DNA of 64,000 bases from Deltaproteobacteria bacterium (GCA_007130885.1 SLRQ01000020.1:20236-84235), one strand, 5' to 3'; shown: positions 27,218 through 36,699, numbered from the stretch's first letter. Made by a program: numbers and translations. Notes: generated from the sequence alone by a model not told the origin.

Positions 27218-28684
27218 ATGGAGAGAAGAGTTTGGATGGCGTGTCTTGCGTGCGCCGCGTTGATTCTTGGGGCGGTCTACTTGAAGCAAGCGGAGGCTTC
27301 GATCTCGGATGACGCCGGCGGTTATGAGCGGTCCGACTTCGTGTGGGTCGAAGGTCACTATCACGCTGACGGCTCATGGATTGAGGGCTACTGGCGCGAG
27401 GCCCACCAGGAAGGGTTCGTCTGGGTGGATGCGTACATGGGGGATGAAGGCGCCGTTGCCGCGCATTGGCGTCCCCTGGAAATGCCGGACGGGTACGTGT
27501 GGGTGGAAGGTTACAGGGATGAGAACGGCTCCTACTTTCCCGGATTCTGGCGTGAGGAGACCCGGAATGATCACGTTTGGGTCGATGGCTACTATGACCA
27601 AGGTGTATGGGTGTCCGCCTACTGGCGGCCGATCACAAGACGTCCCGGATATGTATGGGTTCCGGGACATGTATGCCCGAAGGGGTACTGGGTAATAGGC
27701 TCCTGGCGCCGAGCTTCAAAGCGCGGATTCGTCTGGGTCACGGGGTACTACGCCGATGGGATGTGGTACTCGGGTTACTGGAAGCCGAGAGCCGTTCGTC
27801 CGGGTTACGTGTGGGTTCCCGGTCACGTAGTAGGTGGCTACTGGACCGTTGGTTACTGGCGACCGGCTTACCGTGCCGGCTACGTATGGGTTCCTTGTCA
27901 CTGGTATCACGGCAGATGGGTCGGCGGCCACTGGGGTCGTGGGGGCTGGCGTGTCGGCTTGCATGTTAGATTGGCCCATTACGCCTACTATCATCATAGA
28001 TACGGACATGGTTACGACCGCCGGCACTCCGTGGTTCACAAGGTCAGGTACGCGAGCAATCGGCACCGGGCTTCCCCCGCGAAACGTTCAGAGCGGTCTC
28101 CAAAGAGAGTGGCGCCCGCCGAGAGACCTCCCGCGAGATCTTCCGCCGCCAATCCCAGACCGGCGGTAAGACCGGCGGACGATCCAACCCGCATGGTCTT
28201 TTCGGGCGGCAAGGCTCGCTCGTCGCTGAAAGAGGAGAGCGCTCGGCGCGTCCAGCCCAGAAATGACTCGAGAGTCGCGGTGAATCGAGAAGTCCCGCGT
28301 GTCGGCGGTAAGCGGGAAGCCTCGCGCACCCGCGCGACGACCGCGGAGTCGTCTCTGCCTAGACCCGGAGTCAGCCGAGAGGCGCCTCGCGTCGGCGTAC
28401 AGCGTGACGCCTCGCGCACTCGCTCGACCGCCGCCGAGTCGCCTTCGCCTAGAGTTCGGCGAGAGGTCCCCCGCGTAGGCGTACAGCGTGATGCCTCGCG
28501 CACCCGCTCGACCGCCGCCGAGTCGTCTGCGCCAAGAGTCCGGCGAGAGGGATCGCGAGCAGAAAGGGAGAGGGACTCATCCCGCAGCCGGCCGCAGGTG
28601 CGAGGAAGCTCGCGAGTGACCTCCCGAGGATCCAATGAAAGCAACGCATCTCGGCGACGCGCACCCCCCTCATCGAGAAGATAG
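27218..28684 (+). CDS. Secreted YXWGXW-repeat protein with an Arg/Ser-rich repetitive tail
   Basis: Signal peptide ending AEA; eight ~26-aa (G)YVWVxG(H/Y)..G.W..GYW repeats; low-complexity tail. Confidence 0.85.
   Translation: MERRVWMACLACAALILGAVYLKQAEASISDDAGGYERSDFVWVEGHYHADGSWIEGYWREAHQEGFVWVDAYMGDEGAVAAHWRPLEMPDGYVWVEGYRDENGSYFPGFWREETRNDHVWVDGYYDQGVWVSAYWRPITRRPGYVWVPGHVCPKGYWVIGSWRRASKRGFVWVTGYYADGMWYSGYWKPRAVRPGYVWVPGHVVGGYWTVGYWRPAYRAGYVWVPCHWYHGRWVGGHWGRGGWRVGLHVRLAHYAYYHHRYGHGYDRRHSVVHKVRYASNRHRASPAKRSERSPKRVAPAERPPARSSAANPRPAVRPADDPTRMVFSGGKARSSLKEESARRVQPRNDSRVAVNREVPRVGGKREASRTRATTAESSLPRPGVSREAPRVGVQRDASRTRSTAAESPSPRVRREVPRVGVQRDASRTRSTAAESSAPRVRREGSRAERERDSSRSRPQVRGSSRVTSRGSNESNASRRRAPPSSRR
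28286..28543 (+). repeat. Three in-frame tandem repeats (90, 84, 84 nt)
   Basis: Units start at CGAGA 28286, 28376 and 28460 and encode RE(V/A)PRVG(G/V)(K/Q)R(E/D)ASRTR(A/S)T(T/A)AES..PR. Confidence 0.9.
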
Positions 28685-28758
28685 CGCTTCGGCCGACTGA
28701 ACCCATCGGTGGTCCTCCGCCGAAGCCACGGCCCCCCGGACATCCCTACTTTTCCGGG

Positions 28759-28826
28759 CCCTCTCCATTCCCTCTCCATTCGGGCGGCACCTAGCCCTGG
28801 CACCTAGCCCTGCGGCACCTAGCCCT
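28759..28826. repeat. Intergenic short tandem repeats
   Basis: CCCTCTCCATT x2 (28759-28780); GGCACCTAGCCCT x3 (28786, 28799, 28814). Confidence 0.9.
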
Positions 28827-28994
28827 GCGGCCCTGCGAAACCTGTCCCCGTGAAAGAAGCTGTCGCAAAACCCCTCTCGAAGCTTATCCCGGCGATAGGT
28901 CGACCTGTGAAGCTGCCAGCCTATTCCAGACTGATCTCGAACCTCTCCGTGTTTATGGGCAGTGGCCCTGCTCTCGACGGAGGGCGGCGGGCGG

Positions 28995-31145
28995 TCAGTC
29001 GCTGAACCACACGTCGCCTTGCAGGTTGCCGTCGAAGCCTCCTATGACGAACAAGCGGCCGTCGAGCACTCCCGCGGCGAGGCCGTAGCGGTTGCTGAAC
29101 TCGTGTTCGTCGGTGGCTCGGCACCACTCGACGCCGTCGCTGCTGTACCAGACGTCGCTCTGGGTGGCTGCCGGCCAGGAGTTGGTGCCGCCGATGACCC
29201 AAATTTTCTCGTCGAAGACCGCGGTGGCGTGGCCGCCTCGCGCCGGGAAGACGTCCTCTGCCTCGAGGCGCCACTCCACGCCGTCGGCGGATGACCACAC
29301 ATCAGAGAGGTAGGTCTCACTGCACGCCGCGCTTCGGTGGAGACCGCCGATGATCCACATTCGATCCTGGAACACCACCGCTCCGTGCCAGTCGCGGGAG
29401 GTGAAGCCCGCGTCGGCGGTTACCTGCTCCCAGTCGTAGCCGTCGGCCGATGACCACACATCGGATCTCGTGTTGCAGTTGGGGCCCTCTCCAGCGATCA
29501 CCCAGAGCCTGCCGTCGTGCGCCAGAAGAGAAGGAGCATGTCGAGCCGCGAAGTGGGTCGAGCTCGACGGCTCGGCCTCCGACCATGTCGCCCCGTCGTA
29601 GGAGAACCACACGTCGTCGTGGTTTGCGCCGCCCGTGCCCAGGATGCCACCTGCGATCCAGAGCCTGTCGTCGAACCATGTGCTGCCGAACCAGCGGCGA
29701 GGAGAGAAGCCGGCGTCCGCGGTCAAAAGGGACCAGTCAGTGCCGTCGGTGGAGGACCAGACGTCGCTTACGTCGTCGCCCGCGTTGCCGGCGATGACGA
29801 ACAGGGTTTCGTGGCTCTCGTCGGCCACCAAGCCGTGGGACTCTCTTGGTCCGAAGGCGGCGCTCTCGGTCATCTTTTGCCAAGAGCGGCCGGAGCCTGT
29901 ACGAAGGGGAGGGCCTTCAGAGAAAGTGCTCGCGCAGGAAAGCTCATCGTCACCGTCGACGGACACGCGGACTTGCCAAGAGTAGGTGTCAGCCGCCGGC
30001 AGCATGAGTTCGACGAGCGTTTCCGTCGTCTCGAAGGAGTCCGAGAACCCGAGGGCGCCCTCGATCTCGACCTCGAAGCTCGCGCCGGCGGGCATCTCCT
30101 CGGGCTCCAGCCAGCCGAGGGTAGCGTCGAAGGGCCCGCAGCCATGCCAAGACGATGAGAGGCCCTCGGGAGCGGACGGTCCACCGACGATCTCGATCTC
30201 TTCTCCGTCAACCCAAGGGCTTGCACATGAGACGTCTCCATCCGTGTCTTCGATGGCCCGCACTCTCCAGGTGTAAAGGCCCGCCTCGAGGATTTCTATC
30301 TCCAAGGACGTGTCGGTCGTCTCGAAGAAGAGGGCATCGCCTCCCTCGTCGACGAGTTCGACTTCAAAGACCGCGCCCGGCGGCAGCTCACCCTCGTACT
30401 CCCAGCCGAGCACGACGTCGAAGGGTCCGCACCCGTACACGTCGGCAAAGAGATCCGAAGGTGTCCCTAGGTCTCCGAGCACCGTGAAGGTTCCAGCATC
30501 CACCCAGTCGCCGGGGCAGTGCAGAAAGACCCTCCGCAACCTAACGGAGTAGGCCAAGCCCACATCGAGCGAGCCCGGGGGAATGACGTGCTCGGAGCCG
30601 GTGAGGTCGCTTCGAGAGACCATGACCGATCCATCGTCGGGGCCGCCGTGGGCCGTGACCTCGATACAGTAAGTAATCTCTTCCCTATCTCCCAGCGGAT
30701 CGTCCCAGCTGATTGAAGGAGATTCTCCGCATCCCAGCTCCGCCGGCAGCTCGGGTGAAAGTGGGGGCAGCCCGGCGGCGACGACGAAGCTTTGGACCTC
30801 GCTTCCAAGGAAGTCTCCGAACCCATCTGTCGCCGAGACCCGCCACCAGTACTCACCCGCCGGCAGCGCGTCTCCGAAGGTGATCGACGTCTCCTGCAGG
30901 TCGTCCGCCTCTCGCACGATCGTGGTGAAATCGGGATCGCTTGCCACCTCTACCGAGTACCATCGGGTTCTCGGTACCGGCGACCATGAGAAGGAGGGGT
31001 TTGAGGTCGCGGTGATGCACACGCCGTCCTTCGGCGAGATCGGCTCGGGCGCGTCCAGGTCGAGGAAGGGAGTGAGGGCGGGATCCGAGCACGCCGCCGA
31101 AACGAAGGCGGCGAGCAGGGCTGCCTTGGCCGTGGCATATCGCAT
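28995..31145 (-). CDS. Lipoprotein with Fn3-like modules and a C-terminal Kelch-type beta-propeller
   Basis: Lipobox VSAAC; four beta-sandwich modules (WSPVP..WY.VEV, GCGPF...L.W, YTWRVRA); repeated D(V)WSSxDGxxW and LWVIAG blades. Confidence 0.8.
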   Translation of the reverse strand: MRYATAKAALLAAFVSAACSDPALTPFLDLDAPEPISPKDGVCITATSNPSFSWSPVPRTRWYSVEVASDPDFTTIVREADDLQETSITFGDALPAGEYWWRVSATDGFGDFLGSEVQSFVVAAGLPPLSPELPAELGCGESPSISWDDPLGDREEITYCIEVTAHGGPDDGSVMVSRSDLTGSEHVIPPGSLDVGLAYSVRLRRVFLHCPGDWVDAGTFTVLGDLGTPSDLFADVYGCGPFDVVLGWEYEGELPPGAVFEVELVDEGGDALFFETTDTSLEIEILEAGLYTWRVRAIEDTDGDVSCASPWVDGEEIEIVGGPSAPEGLSSSWHGCGPFDATLGWLEPEEMPAGASFEVEIEGALGFSDSFETTETLVELMLPAADTYSWQVRVSVDGDDELSCASTFSEGPPLRTGSGRSWQKMTESAAFGPRESHGLVADESHETLFVIAGNAGDDVSDVWSSTDGTDWSLLTADAGFSPRRWFGSTWFDDRLWIAGGILGTGGANHDDVWFSYDGATWSEAEPSSSTHFAARHAPSLLAHDGRLWVIAGEGPNCNTRSDVWSSADGYDWEQVTADAGFTSRDWHGAVVFQDRMWIIGGLHRSAACSETYLSDVWSSADGVEWRLEAEDVFPARGGHATAVFDEKIWVIGGTNSWPAATQSDVWYSSDGVEWCRATDEHEFSNRYGLAAGVLDGRLFVIGGFDGNLQGDVWFSD

Positions 31146-31692
31146 GGCTTTCCTTTGAACGGCGCCGGTCTACGTCGGATCGGCTCGCCGTGGGGTTGTG
31201 GAGACGCTCCTTGCGAAATCTCGGGAGATAGTCCTTCAAGGGCTATCGCAAGGCAAGCCCGCCTACTCGATCAGGAAGCCCTCGGCGTGGTGCCACTTCT
31301 GCTCGCCTACTCAACACATCATCCGCGGAGGGCGCCGCAAAACCCCGTAAGTCATCCCGGAGTAAGCGCGAAGCGGCAAAAGTGCGAGGGTGAGCGGTGA
31401 CTGGGTGTTGACTTTCGTCAGCACGACTTGCGAGGCTTCTGCGACACCCTGTGTAGGTACAATGCCCCGTTTAAGTCGTACCGGGGCGGATGTGATTTCA
31501 GGCACTTAGGGCACCTCTGGCGTTGGAGGGCCGAGGGCCTCGAGCAGGGCGCCGTGATCAAGTTCTTGCTTCCGGCCGATCTGGATAGTCAGCCGGCGCG
31601 AGGGGTTTACGGGGGCTCTTTGACGGGGTAATGTACCTATCTATCGCTTTGGGTCTGGCGGGGACCCCCCTCGAAGACTGGGAGGCCGCGGT

Positions 31693-32667
31693 ATGGTCGA
31701 GCTAATTGCCGACGTCATTCGGCAAGGGCGCCGGTTTTTCGTAACTATGCACCGGCGGCCTGATGGTGATGCCGCCGGGTCGAGCCTGGCCCTTGCGTGC
31801 GCGCTTCGGGAGATGGGAAAGACGGTGTTTCATTACAACGCCGATCCCTTGCCCTTCAACTTTAGGTTCTTGCCGGGAGCGGATCAGATCGAGAGGAAGG
31901 AATTTCAGGGGCCGTTCGATGCTGCCTTCGTTTGCGACACTCCGCGTTTGGACGAAATTGCTGACGGCTTGCCCGTCGTTTCCGCCGGGCGAGGTGTCTT
32001 GATTAGCATCGACCATCACGCAGGCGCGGAAAGCTACGGGGACTTGAATCTCTTGGATCCCTCGGCCGCGGCGGCGGGCGTTCTGGTTTATAAGCTGCTA
32101 CAACACCTCGAGCATCCCATCAGCGTCGACGTCGCCCACAACTTGTTCGCAGCCATCATGAGTGACACCGGATCTTTCAGATACGACTCGACGGACGCCG
32201 AGTCGCTACGAATATGCGCGGATCTCTTGGCCTGTGGTGTGAGTCCGTGGCAGCTTTCGTCGCGCATATACGAAACCCAGCCGTTCAACCGGGTGAAGCT
32301 TCTTTCCTCGGTCTTGGCCACGCTCGAGCTGGCAGAGCAGGGTCGACTGGCTATTCTCACTGCTACTAGGGAAATGCTTCGGATCTGCGGAAGCGGAGAC
32401 GATATGCTGGATGGGTTCGTCAACTACGCTCGCTCCGTCGAGGGCGTAGAGGTGGCTCTGATCCTTGTGGAACAAGACGAGAATGAGTATGAAGCAACTT
32501 TCCGCAGCCGAGGCGAGATCGATCTCGGCTCGCTCGCCGTTGTTTTGGGGGGACGGGGCGGAGGGAATGGTGCCTGTGCTCGCTTGACCGGAACTCTAAT
32601 GGAAGTTAAGCAGCGCGCTTCAGGTGCCGTCGGCGATCTGTTCTCGGCCGACACCGCCGTGGCCTGA
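31693..32667 (+). CDS. nrnA: DHH/DHHA1 nanoRNase / pAp phosphatase
   Basis: MHRRPDGDAAGS, IDHH, AIMSDTGSFRY, TFRSRG. Confidence 0.88.
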   Translation: MVELIADVIRQGRRFFVTMHRRPDGDAAGSSLALACALREMGKTVFHYNADPLPFNFRFLPGADQIERKEFQGPFDAAFVCDTPRLDEIADGLPVVSAGRGVLISIDHHAGAESYGDLNLLDPSAAAAGVLVYKLLQHLEHPISVDVAHNLFAAIMSDTGSFRYDSTDAESLRICADLLACGVSPWQLSSRIYETQPFNRVKLLSSVLATLELAEQGRLAILTATREMLRICGSGDDMLDGFVNYARSVEGVEVALILVEQDENEYEATFRSRGEIDLGSLAVVLGGRGGGNGACARLTGTLMEVKQRASGAVGDLFSADTAVA

Positions 32668-32691
32668 ACAGCCAACAGACAGGGAAAGAGC

Positions 32692-33639
32692 ATGCCTACT
32701 CTCCAAAACGGCTCCGCCCAAGGGAGGAGTCTTTCAGGTGTACTTGTAGTCGACAAGCCGAGCGGTCCGACGTCTCACGATGTCGTCGCCAGGGTCCGCG
32801 CCGGTATGCGGATCAAGCGGGCCGGACATACCGGTACCCTCGATCCATTGGCGAGCGGGGTCTTGGTCGTCTGCGTTGGAGAGGCCACGAAGCTGGCCGG
32901 ATACCTGACGCATTCCGAGAAAGAGTACGACTGCACCGCTCGCCTTGGGGTTACGACTGACACTCATGACGCTACCGGCCGTGTCTTGGAAGAGCGGCCA
33001 GTGGATGTCACACGGGAACGGCTGGAGGAGGTTCTGGAGCGTTTTCGCGGACATATAACCCAGATCCCTCCCATGTTCAGTGCCTTGAAGAAGGGTGGCA
33101 AGCGTCTGTACAAGATGGCGAGGCGCGGAGAGGTAGTGGAGCGCGAGCCAAGAGCAGTGACTGTCAGCCGCCTCGAGATAACCAGGTTCGAGCCGCCCGA
33201 GGTCGATCTGCTCGTGGTCTGCGGTAAGGGCATGTACGTGCGCACGCTGCTTCACGATTTAGGGCAGGAGCTGAGTTGTGGGGCGATGCTTTCTAGGTTG
33301 GTGAGAACGAGGGTCGGCAACCTAGCGCTGGAGCAGGCGGTGTCGCATGATGATCTGACGGCGGCCCGCACCAGCGAAGACCGGCAGGCGCTGCGCCTCA
33401 AGCTCGTTTCGCCGAGCGAAGCAATGAGCCACTACCCCGCCGTGAGGCTCGACCAACGTAAAGTGCGAATGGTGGGGCACGGACGGATGCTCGGTTTGGG
33501 TGAGGTAGCCCAAGCAGGGGGAGGCGGCCTGCGTTCCGGCCAGGTTGTGCGGCTTTTGGACGAGACCGGCCGCCTGGTGGCGATGGGAGAGATGAAGATC
33601 CACGGTCTTCAGCCGGTCCGGGTCCTCGGGTCGGTTTGA
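32692..33639 (+). CDS. truB: tRNA pseudouridine(55) synthase
   Basis: VDKPSGPTSHDVV, GHTGTLDP, QIPPMFSALK..GKRLY, CGKGMYVRTL. Confidence 0.96.
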   Translation: MPTLQNGSAQGRSLSGVLVVDKPSGPTSHDVVARVRAGMRIKRAGHTGTLDPLASGVLVVCVGEATKLAGYLTHSEKEYDCTARLGVTTDTHDATGRVLEERPVDVTRERLEEVLERFRGHITQIPPMFSALKKGGKRLYKMARRGEVVEREPRAVTVSRLEITRFEPPEVDLLVVCGKGMYVRTLLHDLGQELSCGAMLSRLVRTRVGNLALEQAVSHDDLTAARTSEDRQALRLKLVSPSEAMSHYPAVRLDQRKVRMVGHGRMLGLGEVAQAGGGGLRSGQVVRLLDETGRLVAMGEMKIHGLQPVRVLGSV

Positions 33640-33652
33640 GTGAGGAGAAGCG

Positions 33653-34102
33653 ATGAGACTGGTGGTGCAGCGGGTCACCCGCGCCTCCGTTGCAATCGGC
33701 GGCGAGGTAGCGGGCGAGATAGGCTCTGGACTGGTCGTGCTACTTGGTGTCGGTCGCAAGGATGGTGAAAAGGACGTCGTTTGGGCCGTGGATAAGATCT
33801 CGGGGCTGCGGATATTCGACGACGCCGAAGGCAGGATGAACAGGTCGGTCGAGGATGTAGGCGGGGGCGTTCTCGTAGTGTCTCAGTTCACCTTGTATGG
33901 AGACGTTCGAAAGGGTCGTCGCCCGGCGTTCACCTCGGCCGCGGAGCCGGCGGAGGCGACCCGGCTCTATGAGGCGGTCTGTGAGGGACTGAGGCGTAAA
34001 GGCATCGAGGTAGCCACCGGCCGGTTCGCCGCTCGCATGCAGGTCGAGCTCGTAAACGAGGGTCCGGTGACGATCCTTTTGGACTCCGAACGGACCTTCT
34101 GA
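33653..34102 (+). CDS. dtd: D-aminoacyl-tRNA deacylase
   Basis: MRLVVQRV, SQFTLY, GRRP.F, LVNEGPVT. Confidence 0.97.
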   Translation: MRLVVQRVTRASVAIGGEVAGEIGSGLVVLLGVGRKDGEKDVVWAVDKISGLRIFDDAEGRMNRSVEDVGGGVLVVSQFTLYGDVRKGRRPAFTSAAEPAEATRLYEAVCEGLRRKGIEVATGRFAARMQVELVNEGPVTILLDSERTF

Positions 34103-34320
34103 GCGACCGTCGCGCTGACCTTCAGCTCCGCGGGAGCAGGGTCTCCTCGCCTGCTTCATCGGCGGATTGAGGCGCCGGCCGAGAGCCGTCCAAGAGCTCG
34201 AGCGAGGTCCACGGCCGAGCGCGGAGGAAGCCGCGGCATCGTCGCGCGGCCGGCTTCCGCTTGTTGCCTTTGTCGGTTGGTGACGATAAGGCTCGTAAGG
34301 TCAATCAGGAAGGAGGCCCC

Positions 34321-34665
34321 ATGAGTGACTGCCTTTTTTGCAAAATTCGCGACGGCGAGATGAAGGCCAACATCGTTCACCGGGACGAGGACGTCATCGC
34401 ATTCGAGGACATTAACCCTCAGGCACCCACGCACATCCTCATTATCCCGACCAAGCATATTCCCACCATAGACGCCATGGAGCCGGATGACGCGGAGGTA
34501 GTGGGTAAGCTGTTCCTTGCCGCGAGGAAGCTGGCCCGTGATCGCGGGCACGACGAGAGCGGGTATCGTGTGGTCATGAATATGGGGCGGGACGCGGGTC
34601 AGGCGGTCTATCATATTCACTTGCACCTTTTGGGCGGTCGCCCTCTCTCGTGGCCACCGGGGTAG
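34321..34665 (+). CDS. Histidine triad nucleotide-binding protein (HinT-like)
   Basis: DCLFCKI, DINPQAPTHILIIP, GQAVYHIHLHLLGG. Confidence 0.95.
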   Translation: MSDCLFCKIRDGEMKANIVHRDEDVIAFEDINPQAPTHILIIPTKHIPTIDAMEPDDAEVVGKLFLAARKLARDRGHDESGYRVVMNMGRDAGQAVYHIHLHLLGGRPLSWPPG

Positions 34666-34779
34666 CGCCGGACTGCCCTTTGACGCCGTGATCCGTTGGC
34701 CCCCGCCGAGTGTGATGCACGCGCCTCGGGTGGGAGAATGAGTAGCGCGCCGGTATGAGCTTGACGCGCGGGACAGGTC

Positions 34780-35616
34780 ATGGTCCCGTCGCCGGCCATG
34801 GAACAAGAGATCGATCCGAACGAGGGCGAGCGGGAGGGTGATGAGCTTAGGCCGGGCCAGCCCATCATCCTGGTGGATCGCAAGAACCGGCGTTATCTTT
34901 CGGTTCTTGCCGCTGGAGGGCACACCGATCTGCGCGGGCATCACTTCCAGCACGACGATTTCATCGGCCTGCCTCCGGGCTTTCGGGTGCGATCCAGCCG
35001 TGACGAGCTCTTCGCGGTGCTAAGGCCTACGCTCGCCGAGCTAGTGGTGGACATGCCGAGGTTCGCCACCATCATCTACCCGAAGGATCTGGGAACCATC
35101 CTGGTGTGGGGCGATATCAAGCCTGGGCTTCGGGTGGTGGAGGCGGGTGTAGGCACCGGTTCGCTCGCCATCGCCGTGCTTCGGCTCATCGGCGAGAGGG
35201 GTGAGCTTGTCAGCTACGAGGTACGCGACGAAGCAATCAACCGAGCGCGCAAGAACATACGTCTCGCTTTCGACGGGCTCGATCCCGCGAATCACCGCGT
35301 GCGTGAGAAGGACATCTACGAAGGCATCGAAGAGCGTGATCTGGACCGGCTGCTGCTCGATGTTCCCGAGCCTTGGCAAGTGGTCCCACACGCCGCGGAA
35401 GCCATGAAGGACGACGGGATATTCATGGCCTACTCGCCCACGGTCCTTCAGGTGAAGGAGACGGTCGATGCTCTACACCGAAGCCGCGCGTTCATGCTCA
35501 TAGAGACCTCCGAAACGATGATGCGGCCTTGGCATGTGGCAAGAAACAGCGTACGTCCTGAACTCCGCATGATAGGTCACAGCGGCTTCCTGACCTTCGC
35601 GCGAAAGATACGCTGA
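34780..35616 (+). CDS. trmI: tRNA (adenine(58)-N1)-methyltransferase
   Basis: IIYPKD, EAGVGTGSL, LLDVPEPW, GHSGFL. Confidence 0.92.
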   Translation: MVPSPAMEQEIDPNEGEREGDELRPGQPIILVDRKNRRYLSVLAAGGHTDLRGHHFQHDDFIGLPPGFRVRSSRDELFAVLRPTLAELVVDMPRFATIIYPKDLGTILVWGDIKPGLRVVEAGVGTGSLAIAVLRLIGERGELVSYEVRDEAINRARKNIRLAFDGLDPANHRVREKDIYEGIEERDLDRLLLDVPEPWQVVPHAAEAMKDDGIFMAYSPTVLQVKETVDALHRSRAFMLIETSETMMRPWHVARNSVRPELRMIGHSGFLTFARKIR

Positions 35617-35682
35617 ACGAACAGGCTGTATCCTTGCAAGGCGGACCCGGCGATCCGGCGGGTGTACTTGTCGTTGGGGCGT

Positions 35683-36699
35683 TTAGTCATGAGAGGGGCC
35701 ATGTCGCTTTCGCGGAGACGGCTTGCCCGCTTCCACCCGTGACAACCAGTTGCCGAAAGGCTCCGACTCGAAGAGTTGCTCAAAGTACGAGGTAAGAAGC
35801 TCCTCAACCGGTCCGCGCCAAGCTTCCATGAGACCGGATCCGTCGAGAATGTCGGCGAGAGTCTCTTCCTCGAGGGGCTCGAGAGCACGGTGCAGGGAGC
35901 CGGCTATCTCGTCCTCCAACCCCTCCCACGCAGCCAGGGCTCTTATTTCCTCACATGCGGCTCTGCTTATCGCGGCTACGTCCGCTGTCCTGGGTATTGC
36001 AATATAGTGACCAGCCGGCTGATCCAGCAGTATCTCCGTCAGCTCCGCTCTTGCCTGCGCGAATCGCTCGGCAGTCTTTTTCGAGGACAACGCATCGGTC
36101 CATTTCTCGATGCCGCGATCCACGGTGTCGTACACGAACTCTTGCACGCGTCCTTCGAGAATCCGGTCCAGCTCCGCTCTGACCATCGCGGCCACGCCTT
36201 TTGCCATATCGAAGATCCCCGCGAAGGCTTGACCACGTTCCGTTCCAGGCATCGCGGCAAGGAGCGAACGGCCGAAGCTGGTGAGCACGTTCTCCAGACC
36301 CTCTCGCAGCATGGAGAGGATCTTCTCGTGCCCCAGCACGGATCGAAGAAGAGCGGGGTCGACCCGGAACGGCCGAGAGGCCAGTCTTTGCAAGGCCTCG
36401 TGAACCTCGGGCGCCAAATGCTCGTCCACCGTGCCTTCGTACTGCGAGTCGGCGAAGTCGAGGGCGGCCGACACACGCTCTGTAAGCCAGTTCTCCAGGT
36501 TCGGGTCGTCCGCGGTTGCTCGAATTCCATCCGCCATGGCGCTTGCCAGCTCATCCGGCTGTACGAGTTCCGTGACGCTGCGTGAGAGAGCGTCCGAAAC
36601 CATCGCCATGGCCAGACCCCGCGCATGTCCGCGCGACTTTTTTCGAAGCTGCGTCAGCGTTTCTCCCGTAGGAACACTCTTTCCTGATCGTTTGCTCAT
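35683..36699 (-). CDS. Hypothetical alpha-helical protein
   Basis: Long ORF with genome-typical codon use and an L/A/E/R-rich helical pattern; start at 36699 or 36720, not the track start at 36957. Confidence 0.7.
   Translation of the reverse strand: MSKRSGKSVPTGETLTQLRKKSRGHARGLAMAMVSDALSRSVTELVQPDELASAMADGIRATADDPNLENWLTERVSAALDFADSQYEGTVDEHLAPEVHEALQRLASRPFRVDPALLRSVLGHEKILSMLREGLENVLTSFGRSLLAAMPGTERGQAFAGIFDMAKGVAAMVRAELDRILEGRVQEFVYDTVDRGIEKWTDALSSKKTAERFAQARAELTEILLDQPAGHYIAIPRTADVAAISRAACEEIRALAAWEGLEDEIAGSLHRALEPLEEETLADILDGSGLMEAWRGPVEELLTSYFEQLFESEPFGNWLSRVEAGKPSPRKRHGPSHD

Noticed and set aside
26143-28684. RiPP cluster (ThiF as modifying enzyme, repeat protein as precursor)
   Set aside because: No YcaO, RRE, dehydrogenase, peptidase or exporter; the repeat protein has a Sec signal and belongs to a structural repeat family
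28786-28826. Possible CRISPR repeats
   Set aside because: 13-nt units with 0-2 nt spacing, no unique spacers and no cas genes
31311-31631. Small ORFs in the lipoprotein/nrnA spacer
   Set aside because: No RBS, non-canonical starts, no motifs
34103-34320. SRP-RNA-like AGGTCC...GGAGGAAGC string and hairpins between dtd and the HIT gene
   Set aside because: Spacing does not fit the SRP helix-8 tetraloop; the GGAAGCCG/CGGCTTCC stem (34226-34258) is adequately explained as a terminator-like hairpin
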